From Octopus vulgaris (lineage: Eukaryota): a DNA stretch of 64,000 nucleotides. Both the position numbers and the translations under genes were made by a program. Shown piece after piece: positions 1 through 14,508 of the stretch (its first letter is position 1; each line of letters begins with the position of its first letter). The notes beneath the pieces were generated by a model that saw only the letters and a list, made by a program, of their open reading frames with translations, did not search any database and was not told the DNA's origin. The DNA is taken from assembly GCA_951406725.2 (NCBI GenBank), contig OX597816.1, positions 69,998,001 through 70,062,000 on the forward strand, written 5' to 3'.

Positions 1-163
1 GTCGATTATATCGACCCAGTGCACAACTGGTACTTATTTAATCGACCCCGAAAGGGATAAAAGCAAAGTCGACCTCGGCGGAATTTGAACTCAGAACGTA
101 ACGACAGACGAAACAGCTACGCATTTCGCCCGGCGTACTAACGTTTCTGCCAGCTCACCGCCT
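1..163 (-). mobile_element. tRNA-derived SINE (family A), partial
   Basis: Reverse complement of GGCGGTGAGCTGGCAGAAACGTTAG..GAGTTCAAATTCCG..GGGGTCGAT; A/B-box-like head; many copies in window. Confidence 0.85.
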
Positions 164-999
164 TACAACTCGGAATATATTGGGAAGTTTTATGTAGTGG
201 AAACGACGCCATGCAGTCGTTGTTGCAGAATATAAAAGAATGGATAGAATTATACGTAACGAGGAAATTAGTTTTAGTTTAGTTTTGTTTAGAAAACAAA
301 TGGGTTAAGAAAAATATATCTGGAAGACTTTGTTCTAGCATGGCCTTAGTTGAATTGGCTATAGGAAACAAAGAAACAAAAAACCACATAAAGAAACAGA
401 TATAGTGACTGGTATAGGGCAGCATGTATTTTGGTCCTTTCTTATAAGGAAACAATAAAGCATAAACGAGACGTTCATTAGTTAAATACATTAGGCAAAG
501 ATAAATCAATAAATGGTTAAAAGGAAATATAAAAATCACAGCGATTCTTCAAAAAATATACAAGACAAAATGGGTAAAAGAAAAAAAAAGAGCGATATAT
601 CTATGAAGAGTATCCTACAAGAACTAACAAGAAAAGTGATACACCACGAAAGATACGAATGACGTTTAATCTATGTAATACATAGCTAGAAAGGAAAAAT
701 CTAATTTTCGCTGTAAAATATCAATACATAAGCACCATACAGCTAACGAAATAAAACAAAGGAACAAGACGCTAATAACACCCTGTAGCGGACAGTGCAA
801 TCAACATAACTGAATATTCAAGTATCTAATTTGTATTTGCCTAATTCTTGCACAAACAGATACAATATGTCATGTAGTTAGTTACATTTATTACAAAATA
901 TGCAGTTACTTCAACGTAGATACTGAATATAAGTGATATATGTATGTTTCAAATTCAGCATGTTATAAGTAGGTTGCTATAGCATTCTGGAACATTTCG

Positions 1000-1535
1000 T
1001 ATTTCTTTACAACCCACAAGGTGCTAAACAGAGAGGACAAACAAGGACAGACAAACGGATTATGTCGATTATATCGACCCCATTGCGTAACTGGTACTTA
1101 ATTTATTGACCCCGAAAGGATGAACGTCAAAGTCGACCTCGGCAGAATTTGAACTCACAACGTAGCGGCAGACGAAATACCTATTTCTTTACTACCCACA
1201 AGGGACTAAACAGAGGGAGGACAAACAAGGACAGACAACCGCATTAAGTCGATTACATCGACCCCAGTGCGTAACTGGTACTTAATTTATCGACCCCGAA
1301 AGGATGAAAGGCAAAGTATACCTCGGCGGAATTTGAACTCAGAACGTAACGGCAGACGAAATACTGCTGAGCATTTCGCCCGGCGTGCTAACGATTCTGC
1401 CAACTCGCCGCCTTCCTAAGGAAGGATGAAAGGCAAAGTCGACTTGGGCAGAATTTGAACTCAGAACGAAGCGACAGGCGAAATAGCGCTACGCATATCG
1501 TCCGGTGTGCTAACGTTTCTGCCAGCTCGCCACCT
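1000..1535 (-). mobile_element. Tandem cluster of three family A SINE units
   Basis: Repeated GACCCCGAAAGGATGAAAGGCAAAGTCGAC..TTTGAACTCAGAACG blocks; degenerate flanking duplication gaaat(c/g)ttccaga on the minus strand. Confidence 0.85.
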
Positions 1536-1789
1536 ACTCTGGAAGATTTCTGTCGAGAGTGCCATAGATTTCATTGTCAACTCCATCTAGTGATGGCTTG
1601 ATTATATAACAGAAAGGAAAGACTCTGTTCCATGTTACACATCGTAATCGATTCCGACCCAAGAAAGTCAAAATGTTATCAAAGTAGAACGACTTTGCAG
1701 AAAATCAGGAAGTATGTGAATGTGATCTTGAAGGGAAATAAACAAAAGCGGTGTGTAGTTCCTTATGTGGGCAGGAGAAAAGGGTAGTT

Positions 1790-2570
1790 GTGAGCGTGAG
1801 AATCTGCGCGTGTGAGCGTGTGCATATGCGTGTGTGGCGCGTGAGTGTAGGTCTAGTGCACGTGTCTGCACGATTGATTCAGTTCTGTGACTGAATGGAA
1901 TTGTTCGTATGCGCGTGTGAATATGTGAATGCTTGCTTATGTGAGTGTATTCCATTATTTCTGTAAGCATGTCTGTGTGTGAGTGTGTGGTATGGTGCAT
2001 TTTAGAATAGGTAGGTGTATGATCGCATGTTTGTGCGATGGCATTTGGGAGTGTGTGTGTGTACGCGCGGGGCTGGGGTTCTGCCTACGTGTGTATACAC
2101 CTGTACCTGTGCATATCTGTGTGTATGCGTGTGTGTGCACGTGTACCCGTACATATCTGTGTGTGTGTGTGTGTGTATGGAGAGTGTATGTGTAATTTGA
2201 ATGTATATGGTTGTCTGTTCTCATGTTCCGCTGCATGCCTGTAATTATGTGCTTGAATGTGTGTGTATATGCGTATGTGCATGCGTGCGTGTATGTATGT
2301 CTGTCTGTATGTATGTATGTATGTATGTGTGCGTGTCTCTGCTTACGTGTGTTTGCACCTGTGCGTGTGCATATTTGTGTGTATGTGCGTGTATGCCCGT
2401 GCATTATCTGTGTGTGTGTGTATAAGGAGTGTATGCGTAGTGTATATGTATGTGTTTGTATGTTCTTGCGTTCCTCTGTGTGTGTGATTCTGTTTATGTG
2501 TGTATATGTGTGTGAGTGTGCGCGCGCGGAGGTGCCGATCCTCGCCTGTGCATAGATGTGCATGATTGTA
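1790..2570. repeat. Degenerate (TG)n/(TATG)n low-complexity tract
   Basis: Direct inspection; source of spurious C/V/Y- and H/T-rich ORFs. Confidence 0.85.
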
Positions 2571-3053
2571 TACCGGAATAAACTCTCCACTACTTGCCTT
2601 ATAATTTCTACTGTTAATTCATTGGTATGTCTTAAATTAGGACGCTAATCCGGTCCCCGCAGACTTTCCGACAGCACAAATGTCGCGTTCGACTTCGATT
2701 GATGGAAAAAATTAGGAACGTATTGTAGTGGAACACCTCAAACTACGCTTAATTTCCGCAATTCCTATCCAATGTCCTAATAGATATCTATCTAGTTACG
2801 ATTTGGAAATCCATCTGCATTGTTAGAATACTTCAGACAGCTCTTTCCAATATTCTGTCTCAGAGGTATTGAAAGACGCTGATGGCTTTCCAGCAATAAG
2901 CAAAGTAAGATCGATTTCAACTTTGGTATAGTATATTTTTTCATAAGTCAAATTAGTCTCTATATATTTCAGGATATTCCTTGTGGATCGCTAAATGAAT
3001 ACAGGTCTTGCACTGGAGTGAATTAGAGAATTGCTGTGCTTCGCTCTCCTTCG

Positions 3054-3084
<31 letters not shown>

Positions 3085-3552
3085 CATCCCTCTTTTCCCC
3101 TCTCTCTCTCTCTCCTCTCTGTCTGCCTGTTTCTCTCTCTCTATTCATCTATCTATCTATCTCAGTCTCTCAGTGTCTCTTGTTCGGTCAAAAGTATTCC
3201 GCACTGAGATCTGGAAAGAGATGACCTCCATCACACAAAATTCTAATATAATTGTATGCTTTCCTATGACCATATTCCTGGAGTTCTGGCCCGAAGTAAT
3301 GCAAGGGAAAATATATCTTTAATATCCTATTAGTAATCACTGGTGAATGCATATTTTAGAAAATGAGAGTATTATGATTTGCAAATATTTTCATTTCATT
3401 TCGGCACATCGTTGTTTGTTGAAGATGAGTATATTACTAATTCATGCGTATATTACTAATGAGTATATTACTAAGTTTTTGTTAAATTCAAAGTATGTGT
3501 TAACTCTTAACTGTTTTAAGAACACATTCAAAAGTTCATCTAGTCATCTAAT

Positions 3553-5033
3553 TATGGAGATATGAAAAAATAGAAAATATGATTGAAGCTCCTTCGCTTA
3601 ATAATTGAAAACAGTATAAGCTTTCCAGAGTCTACCCCGTAAATAATTAGTATTCATGTGTCCTCCTTTTGCTCTTATAACCATGTCTATGCAGTTTTAC
3701 ATACTTGAGACTAAGTTGGCGCAAGTGGCTGGTTTAATTTTCTGCCACTGTTCATGAATTTTGGTTTCTACTTCGCCTTTTGAAGAACATTTGTGCATCG
3801 TCACTCTTGTACTTAAGTGTCACCACAAATGTTCAAATAGAGTGAGGTCTGAAGATTGAGGGAGCCATTTTATTACCCTCATCCCTTTCTCCACATTGAG
3901 ATTCTGAATATGTGGCATGGAACATTGTCTTGTTGAAAGATTACGCTGTCTGGGATGTTATCGTAGAAAGTTTCAGCTAAGGAAGTTTGATGAACATGAA
4001 GTAACAAGCTGGTGTGATTGTTGGTATTCATTCTACCCTCACAAGTGAAAAATATTCTTGGGATTGAAGCCCCAAACCATTACAATTCCTCCTCTACATT
4101 TGACTGTTCGGATCACGCATTCAGAATGATATGCCTCTCCACCTCTAGGGCGAGCGTAAACAGCTCCAGAGGTTCCAAAGATCTGAGGAGGAAGGAAAAT
4201 TTACAGATCATTTTTGGTATCCAAGGAAAAAATTTGGACAAGTGTAAGAATTTCAATGATGTCTAGTAAAGTGATGGAAATGAATGTGGAGAACCTACAT
4301 CAAAGTTATTTTCATCAGTCCAAACAACTTTACCCCAATCATCAGTCCAATCTCCGTGCTCTTTTGCCCAAGACAATCGCTTCTTCATATTCACCTCAGA
4401 CGGCAACGGCTTTTTTGTAGTCTTACATCCTTTGAGCCTAGATTCTTATAAACTTATCACTGTGCAGTTTCATATACCCTTGCTTGTTGTCACCCAAAAC
4501 GCAGAAGATACGTCAAAAGAGGTCTTTTTTTCTATCTGCCACAGATGTCCTCTTCAACAAACTGTCTTCCCTCGTGGATCTACACTTCGCAACCTCGTCC
4601 TTTACAGTTTTTGAAAGAATTGGTCTCATTGTACCTTTTGATGGACACCTTTTCATGAGCATTTCAATTATCTTGGGAGAATCCTCTACTGGGTAATGAA
4701 ATGTTTGGAGCCCTTTGAGCTTTAGAAATCTGTTGTTTGGAGACATTTTTAATAGATTTTAACCACTGATAAGTTATTAATAAGATATTCACAGAAGAAA
4801 AATAAGAAAAAACTTTCGTGTCACATAATGAGTATCAGAAAATTTACCCAGACACTTGTGTCCACTTAGTCTCAAGTATGCAAAAATGCATAAAATTGGT
4901 TATAAAAACAAATATTAATTATTGATGGAATAGACTCTAAATGTTTATTACACTGTTTTTAATTATCAAGTACAAGAGTGTCAAACATATTCTCTAGTTA
5001 TTCACACCTGCTCCATATTTTTGGCCAAGGCTG
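3553..5033 (-). mobile_element. Decayed Tc1-like DNA transposon with long (~200 bp) TIRs
   Basis: Minus-strand motifs KKRLSWAKEHGDWTDDWGKVVWTDE, IFQQDNVPCH, WLPQSSDLTLFEHLW; 3553-3745 is an imperfect inverted copy of ~4835-5020; right end reads TA-CAG. Confidence 0.85.
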
Positions 5034-5090
<57 letters not shown>

Positions 5091-5228
5091 TTATATATAT
5101 ATAATTATATACTATTTATATACTATTTCTTTATTATTTAGTACTTCATTAGTTTTAGGTAAATGTTCTGTATGGTATGATTTAAGTATATCATTGTTGA
5201 ATTGCTTCATGGTGGTTCTTCTCTAATT

Positions 5229-5303
<75 letters not shown>

Positions 5304-5384
5304 GCTGCTGTTATTATCGACAGCATTATAAATAGTTGATAGTAATAGAAACATTAATATAAGTTGTTCATATAAAAATCTTAC

Positions 5385-5462
5385 CTTCTTCAGCACCTAT
5401 TGAAATACTATCCGAATCTGCCATGTTGAAATCTGCTGGTGTCTTTCGGTTCACATATGTAC
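5385..5462 (-). CDS. Candidate isolated 78-nt host exon (TYVNRKTPADFNMADSDSISIGAEE)
   Basis: Minus strand cag|GTACAT...GAAGAAG|gtaag; open frame; symmetric phase 1-1; non-repetitive. No product can be assigned. Confidence 0.35.
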
Positions 5463-6199
5463 CTGTACCATTAGGTATATAGCTTTATTCTATATTGGTA
5501 TGTGAAATATTTTTTCAATCTCCTAATATACTGTTCAATCTGTTGTTTTCGGTCTTAATTTTTGGGTGATTCAAATAAGGGTTTTGACTCTTATTTCTAG
5601 CAGCTAGACACTTTAATGTGTCCTTATGATTAATTTCATTTATATGTGTATATATATATATATATATGGCTGTGCGTGTGTGTGTATATGTGTGTCTGTG
5701 TACGTGTGTAACCTTGCTATATTTATCTAATTGATTTATGAAATAACGCAGTGATACCTAAACCATTTGAATATACCCCATAGTAGATTTTGGTGTGAAT
5801 AATAATCACAGCTCGCACATAACTGAATTAACAGCTGAAAAGGTGTTTAATAATTTAAATTAGTCTACAGGATTTGGTTACAAACGTAACAGCATTTGCT
5901 TTAAATGCAATATAGTAGTAGCTTTAAAAGACGGTACATCCGATATTTGAAAACAGCTTTAACTGATGAATTTAAAGTAAATAAAAGTATAACGAACGCC
6001 ATCGTACTAGATAACCTCCTTTGACTGATGATGGTGAAGATAAATAATGAACCAGACAGTTGCTTAAGATTGTTTCGTGTATCTAGTAATTATATAAAAT
6101 ACTTACTGTGAAGCACAGTGTAGAATATATTGCATAAAGTTTGTGGGTAAGGCCAAAACAATGCGAAGTAAATCCAAGGTAAATAACAAGAAAACAAAT

Positions 6200-6955
6200 A
6201 CGTGAATTAATGCAGACTTACCTTGAATTCAATATTTCGGGGTGATGACACCATTTTCAAGAAATTGACGAATGTTGCCGATTTGCGTGTGTGGAGTGGA
6301 CATGTGCGGAAGGGTGTCGCTATGTCAACCAGCTGGCTTCCTGTAACTCCCTTCTATTATTGATTTTGGGTTTCTTTTGGTGTATGAGGATAGTCTCAGA
6401 GATTGTAAGATTACCCCTGTTCCGCTGTGTTGCCTTGATGTGCTCTGTGAACTCCTGAGTCTGGCATTTCCGTAGATGTTTCTTCACGGAAGTGTCTGCC
6501 TGCATGTGTTCCTTAATGCGTACGTGCAGTTTTCTTCTCGTGCTTCCGATGTAGGATGCGCCACAGATGATCTCATATACAACATAGGTCCTCTGGCACA
6601 ATTCAGTGTCATTGGTGGGACAGTTCGACAATGTGCACTGCTCAGAGTAGTGAGAGTTGTTGTACTTCGATAGAGCTTTTCTCAGGGAAGGGCCGGTGTG
6701 CACTATCTGTATGTAAAGTCCTTCCCTGCGGATTGCGTCTTGTATCGCTGCAGTAGTTCTCCCGACAAAGTAGTTCTTCCGTTAGGAAGCACGAGTCAGA
6801 CTTGCGAGTATGCTGGTTTTCCCAGGGCTTATTGACCTTGATCTTCTTGCGCCGTTGTTTAAGATGGTGGGTAACCATTCAGGGTTAGATCTTTGGTGTA
6901 GACGGCTTTGTCGGTCACGTTGCTGCAGTTCTTGGTTATACGTGCAATCTCGTTT
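6200..6955 (-). mobile_element. Penelope-like element 3' fragment (RT thumb, GIY-YIG endonuclease, 3' tail)
   Basis: LTLNGYP thumb motif; ORF 6320-6703 contains VVYEIICGASYIGSTRRKLHVRIKEH..ISETILIHQKKPKIN. Confidence 0.85.
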
Positions 6956-8470
6956 CTCACGATTAGGAGGGGTGAAAAAGACTGCAGACCACTCAGTCTC
7001 GTTTCAGTACTAACTACTAAATCCATTCTATGTGACCTGATGTTGTCAAGGAGGCTGCTTTGCTTCCACTCCGACCCTAGGCCACGTATATTTATGCAAC
7101 CTACGTTGAACAAGATATTACGGATGGGAGATGGTAATCTCGCCTCGTCCAGTTCTTCAGATGGTGTGCTTTGTGTGGCATTCTTTAAGAGATGCAAAAT
7201 TCTTTTGTAAGGGTCCAACGTCCGCGGGAAATGATTCTTTAATTACACTGCAAATTATATTGTCAATGATGTAAAAATAAAGATGAGGAGTGATACTTGT
7301 GTTTGGGAGTTTGTTAAATTGTTTTACTGTTATGATTTTTCTATTTGTTTTTTTTTTTTTTAATCTCATGTTCTAACGTTAATGGCTGTAATGTTTATAG
7401 ATGATTTGCTCCTGTCTGTCTGTATTTTCTCCGCTTCAGAAGTAGTTTTCGTGGGTGGTGGAGGTACAGAAGATATTGCGACTGGTGGAGGTACCGAGGT
7501 TTTCGCGGGTAGTGGAAGCACAGATAATTTTTCGGCTGGTGGCGGTACAGACATTTTCGCGCGTGATATGGGTAGAAGTGGTGGAGGGCACTCTGCTCTT
7601 ATGTGGCATTTTTGGCTATACTTATAAGAACGAGGTTTCCATTCCTTCACCATAACCCTTACATTTATTTTTTCTCCAATTAATATTGAATTTGGAATTT
7701 CTTCCAGATCGGCAGTTCTGTTGTTGAAAATTGGTGGCTTCAAAGATAGTGATTTTGGCCCCTAAGCCTAACACCAATGCTGCTACGAACCAGGCAACAT
7801 CATTCTCCGGTGGTATTTCTCCTACCTTTACCCTGGGAGTACTCTTTTCAAGATATGCTGACAGGAGAATCAAGATATGCTGACTTGAGAGAAGTTGTTG
7901 AATATTGGCTGGCTTTTACCTCGCTGTAAAAACGTAGTATATCTCCCCCCCTTGGCTATATATATGATGACTTGCCATATGTGGTGTCACCATTTTTCTA
8001 TGGCTACTTTGAGGGCCAAGTTAATTGTTTTGCTTTTGATGGCATACGTTTTCAATATTATAGTATTCCTTTTAGTGGTGTGAGTGACTTCGCTGGCATG
8101 GACTAATTTTACGTTGTGCCCCTCTTTTAAAGGAGACCATTGTACTTTCCTAGTTCGCTTTGTTCAACTTTTAAGTCGTCTTTGCTTACTCCAGATAAAG
8201 CTGCGAAATTAGTCGTTTTTGTCCTTATTTTTCTCAGAGTTGTCGGTTCTCTTTGTCGTATTTTCCATTTGGTCTGCTGGCGCATGCATGGTCATTATCA
8301 TTGCTTCTAATAATTGGTCAAAATGTAAGTCTTCCTCGTCGGAGGATACACTCATCTTGAGAATAAAATGAGATACAAAAATATTAAGTTTCCCCCTTCA
8401 AACAAGGGGGAAATGTAAAAGAAATCTGCTACAACGCAGACCAGAAAGTGGCTCGAAAACACACACAAAA
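6956..8470 (-). mobile_element. 5' half of a decayed Tx1/L1-clade LINE (ORF1 remnant plus start of APE endonuclease)
   Basis: Degenerate knuckle KPRSYKYSQKCHIRAEC; VGCINIRGLGSEWKQSSLLDNIRSHRMDLVVSTETRLS parallels the ORF2 N-terminus at 18154. Confidence 0.8.
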
Positions 8471-8489
8471 AGTAGAGTTCAACAAAAAA

Positions 8490-10750
8490 GATTTCCGATA
8501 ACTCCGAATATAAAATATAAACCGTAAATACTCTTTAAATATATATATAAAGGATATATAAAAGAATATATAAAAGAATATATTTTTAAAAATTGTAAGG
8601 AATATAAAATATGGAAATGCATATCAAATACAAAAATAAAATAATGAATATAAAAATTTAAGTAAAGATGCAGAAAAATATTAAAAAATATAAAATTAAT
8701 ATAAATGATGCATAAAAAATTTAACGTTATAAATATATAGAAAAAAATTATAACATGATCATTATTATTAATAAAGAAATACAAAACAATATAAAAATAA
8801 TATTTAAAATATATAAGAAATTTTTTAACAAGATCTTTATTTTGAATAAAGAGATAGAGACAAAAATACATATACCAGACTTTAATGTAAATAAAGCTAA
8901 AAGTGAAAAATGTTTTACAAATATTTGTAAAGAATACAATTAAAATACATAAAAATATAAAAGTAATAATACATCTGAGATAGATATATTTTGCACTTAA
9001 GGGAGGTGCGAAATATAAAACCAGTAGGAGTAAAGATAAAAACATTTTTTATCACCATACATGAAAGTAATTGATTTAGGAAATGGGTAGATACATATTG
9101 TAATACTTACTAAGGTGTAAATTTTCTGGGTTATAACATTTTAAATTATTAAGTAATTATTTTCTAGTTTAAGCCATAGAATAATTATTTTTAACTCAAA
9201 GCTTCTATTAGGTCAAATCACGAGAGTGCTATAAGTATGATCTGCTGAAAGAATACCAGATCTAGTTAATCATGTAAGTATCATTAAGGGTATACTGCAA
9301 TGTGAATGATGAGGTGTTAAAAAGAATATTTTAAAAATCTGGTATGTAAAGAGTGTCAAACAATTGTCAAAATTTATGATGGGTTACAATGGTTTCAACA
9401 AGTAATAAACTATGAAGTGGAAGAGATAAAATTAGGAAGAAAAATAATGTAATTAAGAATTAATAATAGATTAATGAAGTTGTACAAATTCTATTGCTAC
9501 TGTCCCCTTAGAATTAGCACTACTTCATCATTGATTTATTATTAATTCTTAATTTGCTTTTTTTTCCTTTTCCTAATTTTATCTATCCTTTATAGTTGAA
9601 CCTATCGTAAATTTCGACAATTTTTTGACACACTGTAAATACCGTATTTTCAAATATTTTTTTTAACATATCAGCATACACATTGCCGAATACCTTTAAT
9701 AATACTTATATGAGCAACTAGGTATAGTATTCCTTTAGTGCATCATACTTATAGTAACCTCTCGTGATTTGACCTAATATAATCTTTGAGTTGCAATGAT
9801 GATCCTATGACTTAAAGTAGGAAATAATTATTTATAATTTAAAGTGTTACAACCCAGAATATTTACATCCAAGTATTACAATATATGTCTAACCATTTCC
9901 TAAATCAATTACTTTCACATATGTTGATAAAAAATGATTTTCATCTCTACTAGTGGTTTTTATATTTAGCACTTCCCGTAAGTTCAAAATATATCCATCT
10001 TAGATGAATTATTACTTTTTATCTTTATGTATTTTTATTGTATACCTTACAAACATTTCTAAATTCTTTTTCACTTTTAGCTTTATTTATATTAAATTCG
10101 GGTTGATTTATTTTTATCTCTATCTCTTTATCTCTCTATATATAAACGGCAAAATATCTGTGTGTGTGTCCTTTATACAAATCCACAATGTTTCAGTTAG
10201 AGGGCTCGCACTTTCTATCGGCATTCAAAACTTTCCAGGGATGGTCGCGCACATCTTTACATTTCCCCAGTCACCCCACAAAGCCATTAAAAAATCAATA
10301 GAAGTGACTTTTTGTGAAATTTTCTATCCAAAACCCAATCAAAATGCCCGAAACTTGATACGCCAATTGAATGCCAGCTAGCTGTATGTGATTGGTTGGA
10401 GATTTGTACAGTACTCGTGTGTATGTGCGCACGCACGCAGCTGTATATGCATGCACTAGCTAGTTTGTTTTAAATAGTGCTAGTTTTAAATAAAGATCTT
10501 GTTAAATTTTGTCTTTACATATATACCTTTATAATTTCTTATATTTTTTGTATTCCTAATTTTTATATTAATTTATATCTATTTATAATAGAGATCTTGT
10601 TATAATTTTTCTATACATATATACCTATAAAGTATTTTTATATATCTTTCAATATTAATCTTATATATTTTTTTAATATTTTTCGTATATATTTATATTC
10701 TTTTATTTAGGTTTTATAATTTTATATATTTCATATTCTATATAAACAAT
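8490..10750. repeat. Large AT-rich inverted repeat (fold-back), arms ~1 kb, centre ~9500
   Basis: 8850-9493 aligns by eye with the reverse complement of 9508-10130; similarity continues past the 10131-10483 insertion. Confidence 0.8.
10131..10483 (+). mobile_element. Non-autonomous Helitron-like insertion
   Basis: Starts TC, ends CTAG, inserted between A and T with no TSD; the empty site is visible in the opposite arm of the inverted repeat (8830-8860). Confidence 0.75.
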
Positions 10751-10989
10751 TAAAAAGCTAGACGATCGGAGCCGTTAGAAGTTTAGATAACTGGTTCACT
10801 CGGGTCAATTATCTCCTCCCCCAACTATAAATTCTAATAATCCCCAAATGCTTCCTTGTTCTGCGCAAATATACACCATTCTGATATGTTCATTGTGCCA
10901 ACTGAATGGTAGCAGGATCACTGTAGGTATTTTTCCTCCGTGAATTTGTTAATTAAACTGAATAAGTTGAACTCTCCTTTACGTTTCTT

Positions 10990-11496
10990 TGAAATGTTCT
11001 CATTGATCAATTAAAGGAGTCGTTAGAAAAGGGCCGTAACGAATTCACAACTGTACCTCTTTGTTATTGATTTATATTTTGTTCACCTATCTTGTGTGTG
11101 TGCTTTTGTATTTGGAACGAGTGCTAAAGAAAAAGAGGGCAAGGGAGAGGGAAGAAGAAGAAAGTAATTTTTTTGCTCTGCTGGACAGCATGCTTACTCC
11201 AAGATCTTTGGGAAATAGAATTTCAGTTTTGACCATTTCATAGTGTTATTGAGTGTGTGTGGGCGGGGAGGTAGACCATAAATTATATTTCCTTTTTATC
11301 GTTGTGAGAGAGTGTGTGTGTGTGTTTAATGGGAGATGGTCAAATGTTTTTTTGGGTTTAGAGAAGAAGAATTATTTTTATTATTGTTTTGTGGAGGTGT
11401 GTGAATGTGTACGTGTGGGTGTCTGTGAGTTTGGAGAAGAGAAGAAAGGAGAAGAGGAAAAAAAGGAAGGAGAACTAATTGTGTTGATATTTATAC

Positions 11497-11544
<48 letters not shown>

Positions 11545-11611
11545 ACTAAATGCTCCACTATATTAAATTGTAAATTGAAAGATTTGTCCTTCAATGTATG
11601 ATGAGTACATA

Positions 11612-11612
<1 letters not shown>
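10990..11612 (-). mobile_element. Solo 3' terminal region of the Penelope-like family at 43.5-45.5 kb
   Basis: Shares CTGCTGGACAG..AGAATTTCAGTTTTGACCA.. and AAAGATTTGTCCTTCAATGTATGATGAGTA blocks with 43740-44850. Confidence 0.65.
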
Positions 11613-11657
<45 letters not shown>

Positions 11658-11967
11658 TGTATGTTCTCTTCTGTTTTTAGTTATCCAAATTCTTCGTCTA
11701 AGGAAGGAGCTGGTTTCAAACGAGGTTATAAAGCTCAATCATTGGAATATAGATAGAAAAAAGTCGAGAACAGTCTTGCACATTTTCACAGTTCCTCGTA
11801 CAGATTGTATTTGTAACGTACGAGTTAGTAGGTTGATTTCTTTATCTGAAACCGCTAGCTTATCCACTTGTCCCTTGCGGACAATCTCTAGCGTCACTGT
11901 CTCTCTTGTTCACCAGGTACTTTGTGACAATCTCCTGTTCAGGAACTTTTCAGTACCCCTCTGTTAT

Positions 11968-12059
<92 letters not shown>

Positions 12060-12494
12060 CATACATGTACATGCCTACATATATATGTATGTATACATGC
12101 ATATATAGGTACAGGGCATCAAAAAAACCTTGAACATAATGAGAACCGAAAACAAAAACAAAAACATAGAAAACGAAGTTTTTCGAACAACGAAAAAAAA
12201 CAAACAGAGAAACGAGACATGCAACATAATGAATATTCCCCTTCATCAGTTGTCCCTGTTTCATCTCCTCCGCGGATCGAATGCAAGGACAATGCACGCT
12301 TGGGATTTTTTGCGGAGGGTGAAAGTGGTAACAAGAACAGGACAGTGAGAACAAGACAGTAAAAACAAACGGTGAGGGCTGTTAATCCAAGACGATAGAA
12401 AAATTATTATGAACGCTAGGAGAACGAGTTTATGAGAGGAGACAGGTATAAGCACGTGTTTTCTTTGGGAAGGAAATGGGCAGCGTTCATAGCA

Positions 12495-12539
<45 letters not shown>

Positions 12540-13439
12540 CAAATGCATAACACTCAATTGTATGGTACAATATCAACCACAGACACGCACCACTCTTTGT
12601 TCTTCTATTATATTTTATACCAGTAAAACTATGGTTTGATTATCTCAGACACAGATGGTCAGTCATCACTTTTTCCCATAACTCCCGACTCATTGTTATT
12701 CTACACATTATGTCCAACTTTCATCTCCACAGTTAGTACTACGCGTAGGTGTTTCGTTCTCAGATTGCAGTTTCATGGAACTTTCAACTTTACTAATATT
12801 TTTCCCTGCAGTTATCGAATTTCAAAAGTTTAAACAGAACGTCTAACGATATCACTCTTCTGTGTCATTGATGTCCAGCGAATGCCGTAGGTACAGAAAT
12901 TTCAATCAGAATAACTAGGTAAAAAAGCATGGCGAATAGTGGTACACCTCGATGAATATCAGCTAATAAAGTAGATAAATGCGGTTAAGTTCCTGTGCCA
13001 CGAGGAGAAAATATTTCTCACATATCAAGCAAACCAAAAACCACTCAGATACGAAGATATTAGTATAGTACAAAACAATCTTTATCCTACCCTGCAGACA
13101 CTAAAATATTGCACATTCAAAAACATCAGACACTGAAATTATAATTGAAATAAGCAAACAAAGACACACTTTTCAAAAAGATATTGTTTTGTAAAGAGTT
13201 AAATTCTTTGTCTAGTTTACTTTGTTATGTTTTTGTCACTCACGATAATCGTTTGTAAATATGAACAAACGTTGGTGAATAGAATATAGCTCAAGTCTTA
13301 ACAGGTGGTACAACAAAACAACATTGTGAGTCAATAGTTTGTCAAGATTGTCTCCTCGATAAATAATTCATAACTTAGCCATTTTGTGACGTACAAAGAA
13401 GAAATTTCGATGGCAGATGTGAATGTGTGTATATATGTG

Positions 13440-13540
<101 letters not shown>

Positions 13541-13548
13541 GTTGTGCA

Positions 13549-13585
<37 letters not shown>

Positions 13586-14254
13586 GTGTGTGTGTGTGGT
13601 GGTTGTGTGTGTGTGTGTGCATGTGTATCTGGTATTTATATATATATATATGTATATATTTGTGTCTTTGTGTGTGAGTGTGTATGTCTGAGTGTGTATG
13701 TGTGTGTGCCTAGGACTGTAAATGTATGCGCTGGAAGTGTGTGGATATGCACACATCGATGTGCGTGGACAAATATGCTAAAAAACATACGTGTGCATGC
13801 GTGTGCGTCTGAATCTCTATGTATGTGCCCAAGTATGTTTCTGACTATGATTTAAATACACTCACAAACACATACACACACACAAATGCACAAACACACG
13901 CATACACACACACACACACACAAATAATCATACACACAGACACAGATACACACATATATATATGTATATACATACATATATATATATATATATATAGCTG
14001 CATTACGTGCTAATGTACACAAGGACAAATCACACATTCATATTGAAATTTCCTTTTACTGTCAGAAATACATCAAACACCTCTGTTACTTTTGATTTTG
14101 ACCGTCAATGAAGATTATTTTCAAGAAATTGAGAATTAATATCTTTGTTTTTAGGCAATGTGCATTGAAGAAATATCTACGATGTCTCTCTCCTACACAA
14201 ACACACAGGCTGTCCTTCTCTCTCTCAATCTCACTCTCTATAAACATCTATCTA

Positions 14255-14508
<254 letters not shown>

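Noticed and set aside
6220-6270. Degenerate hammerhead-like strings here and at ~11700, 12240, 23890, 37120, 39925
   Set aside because: Two or more core positions or a stem are missing; they cannot be called without family consensus sequences
8479-9045. 188-aa hydrophobic ORF resembling a membrane protein
   Set aside because: F/I/Y/L bias from the extremely AT-rich inverted-repeat arm
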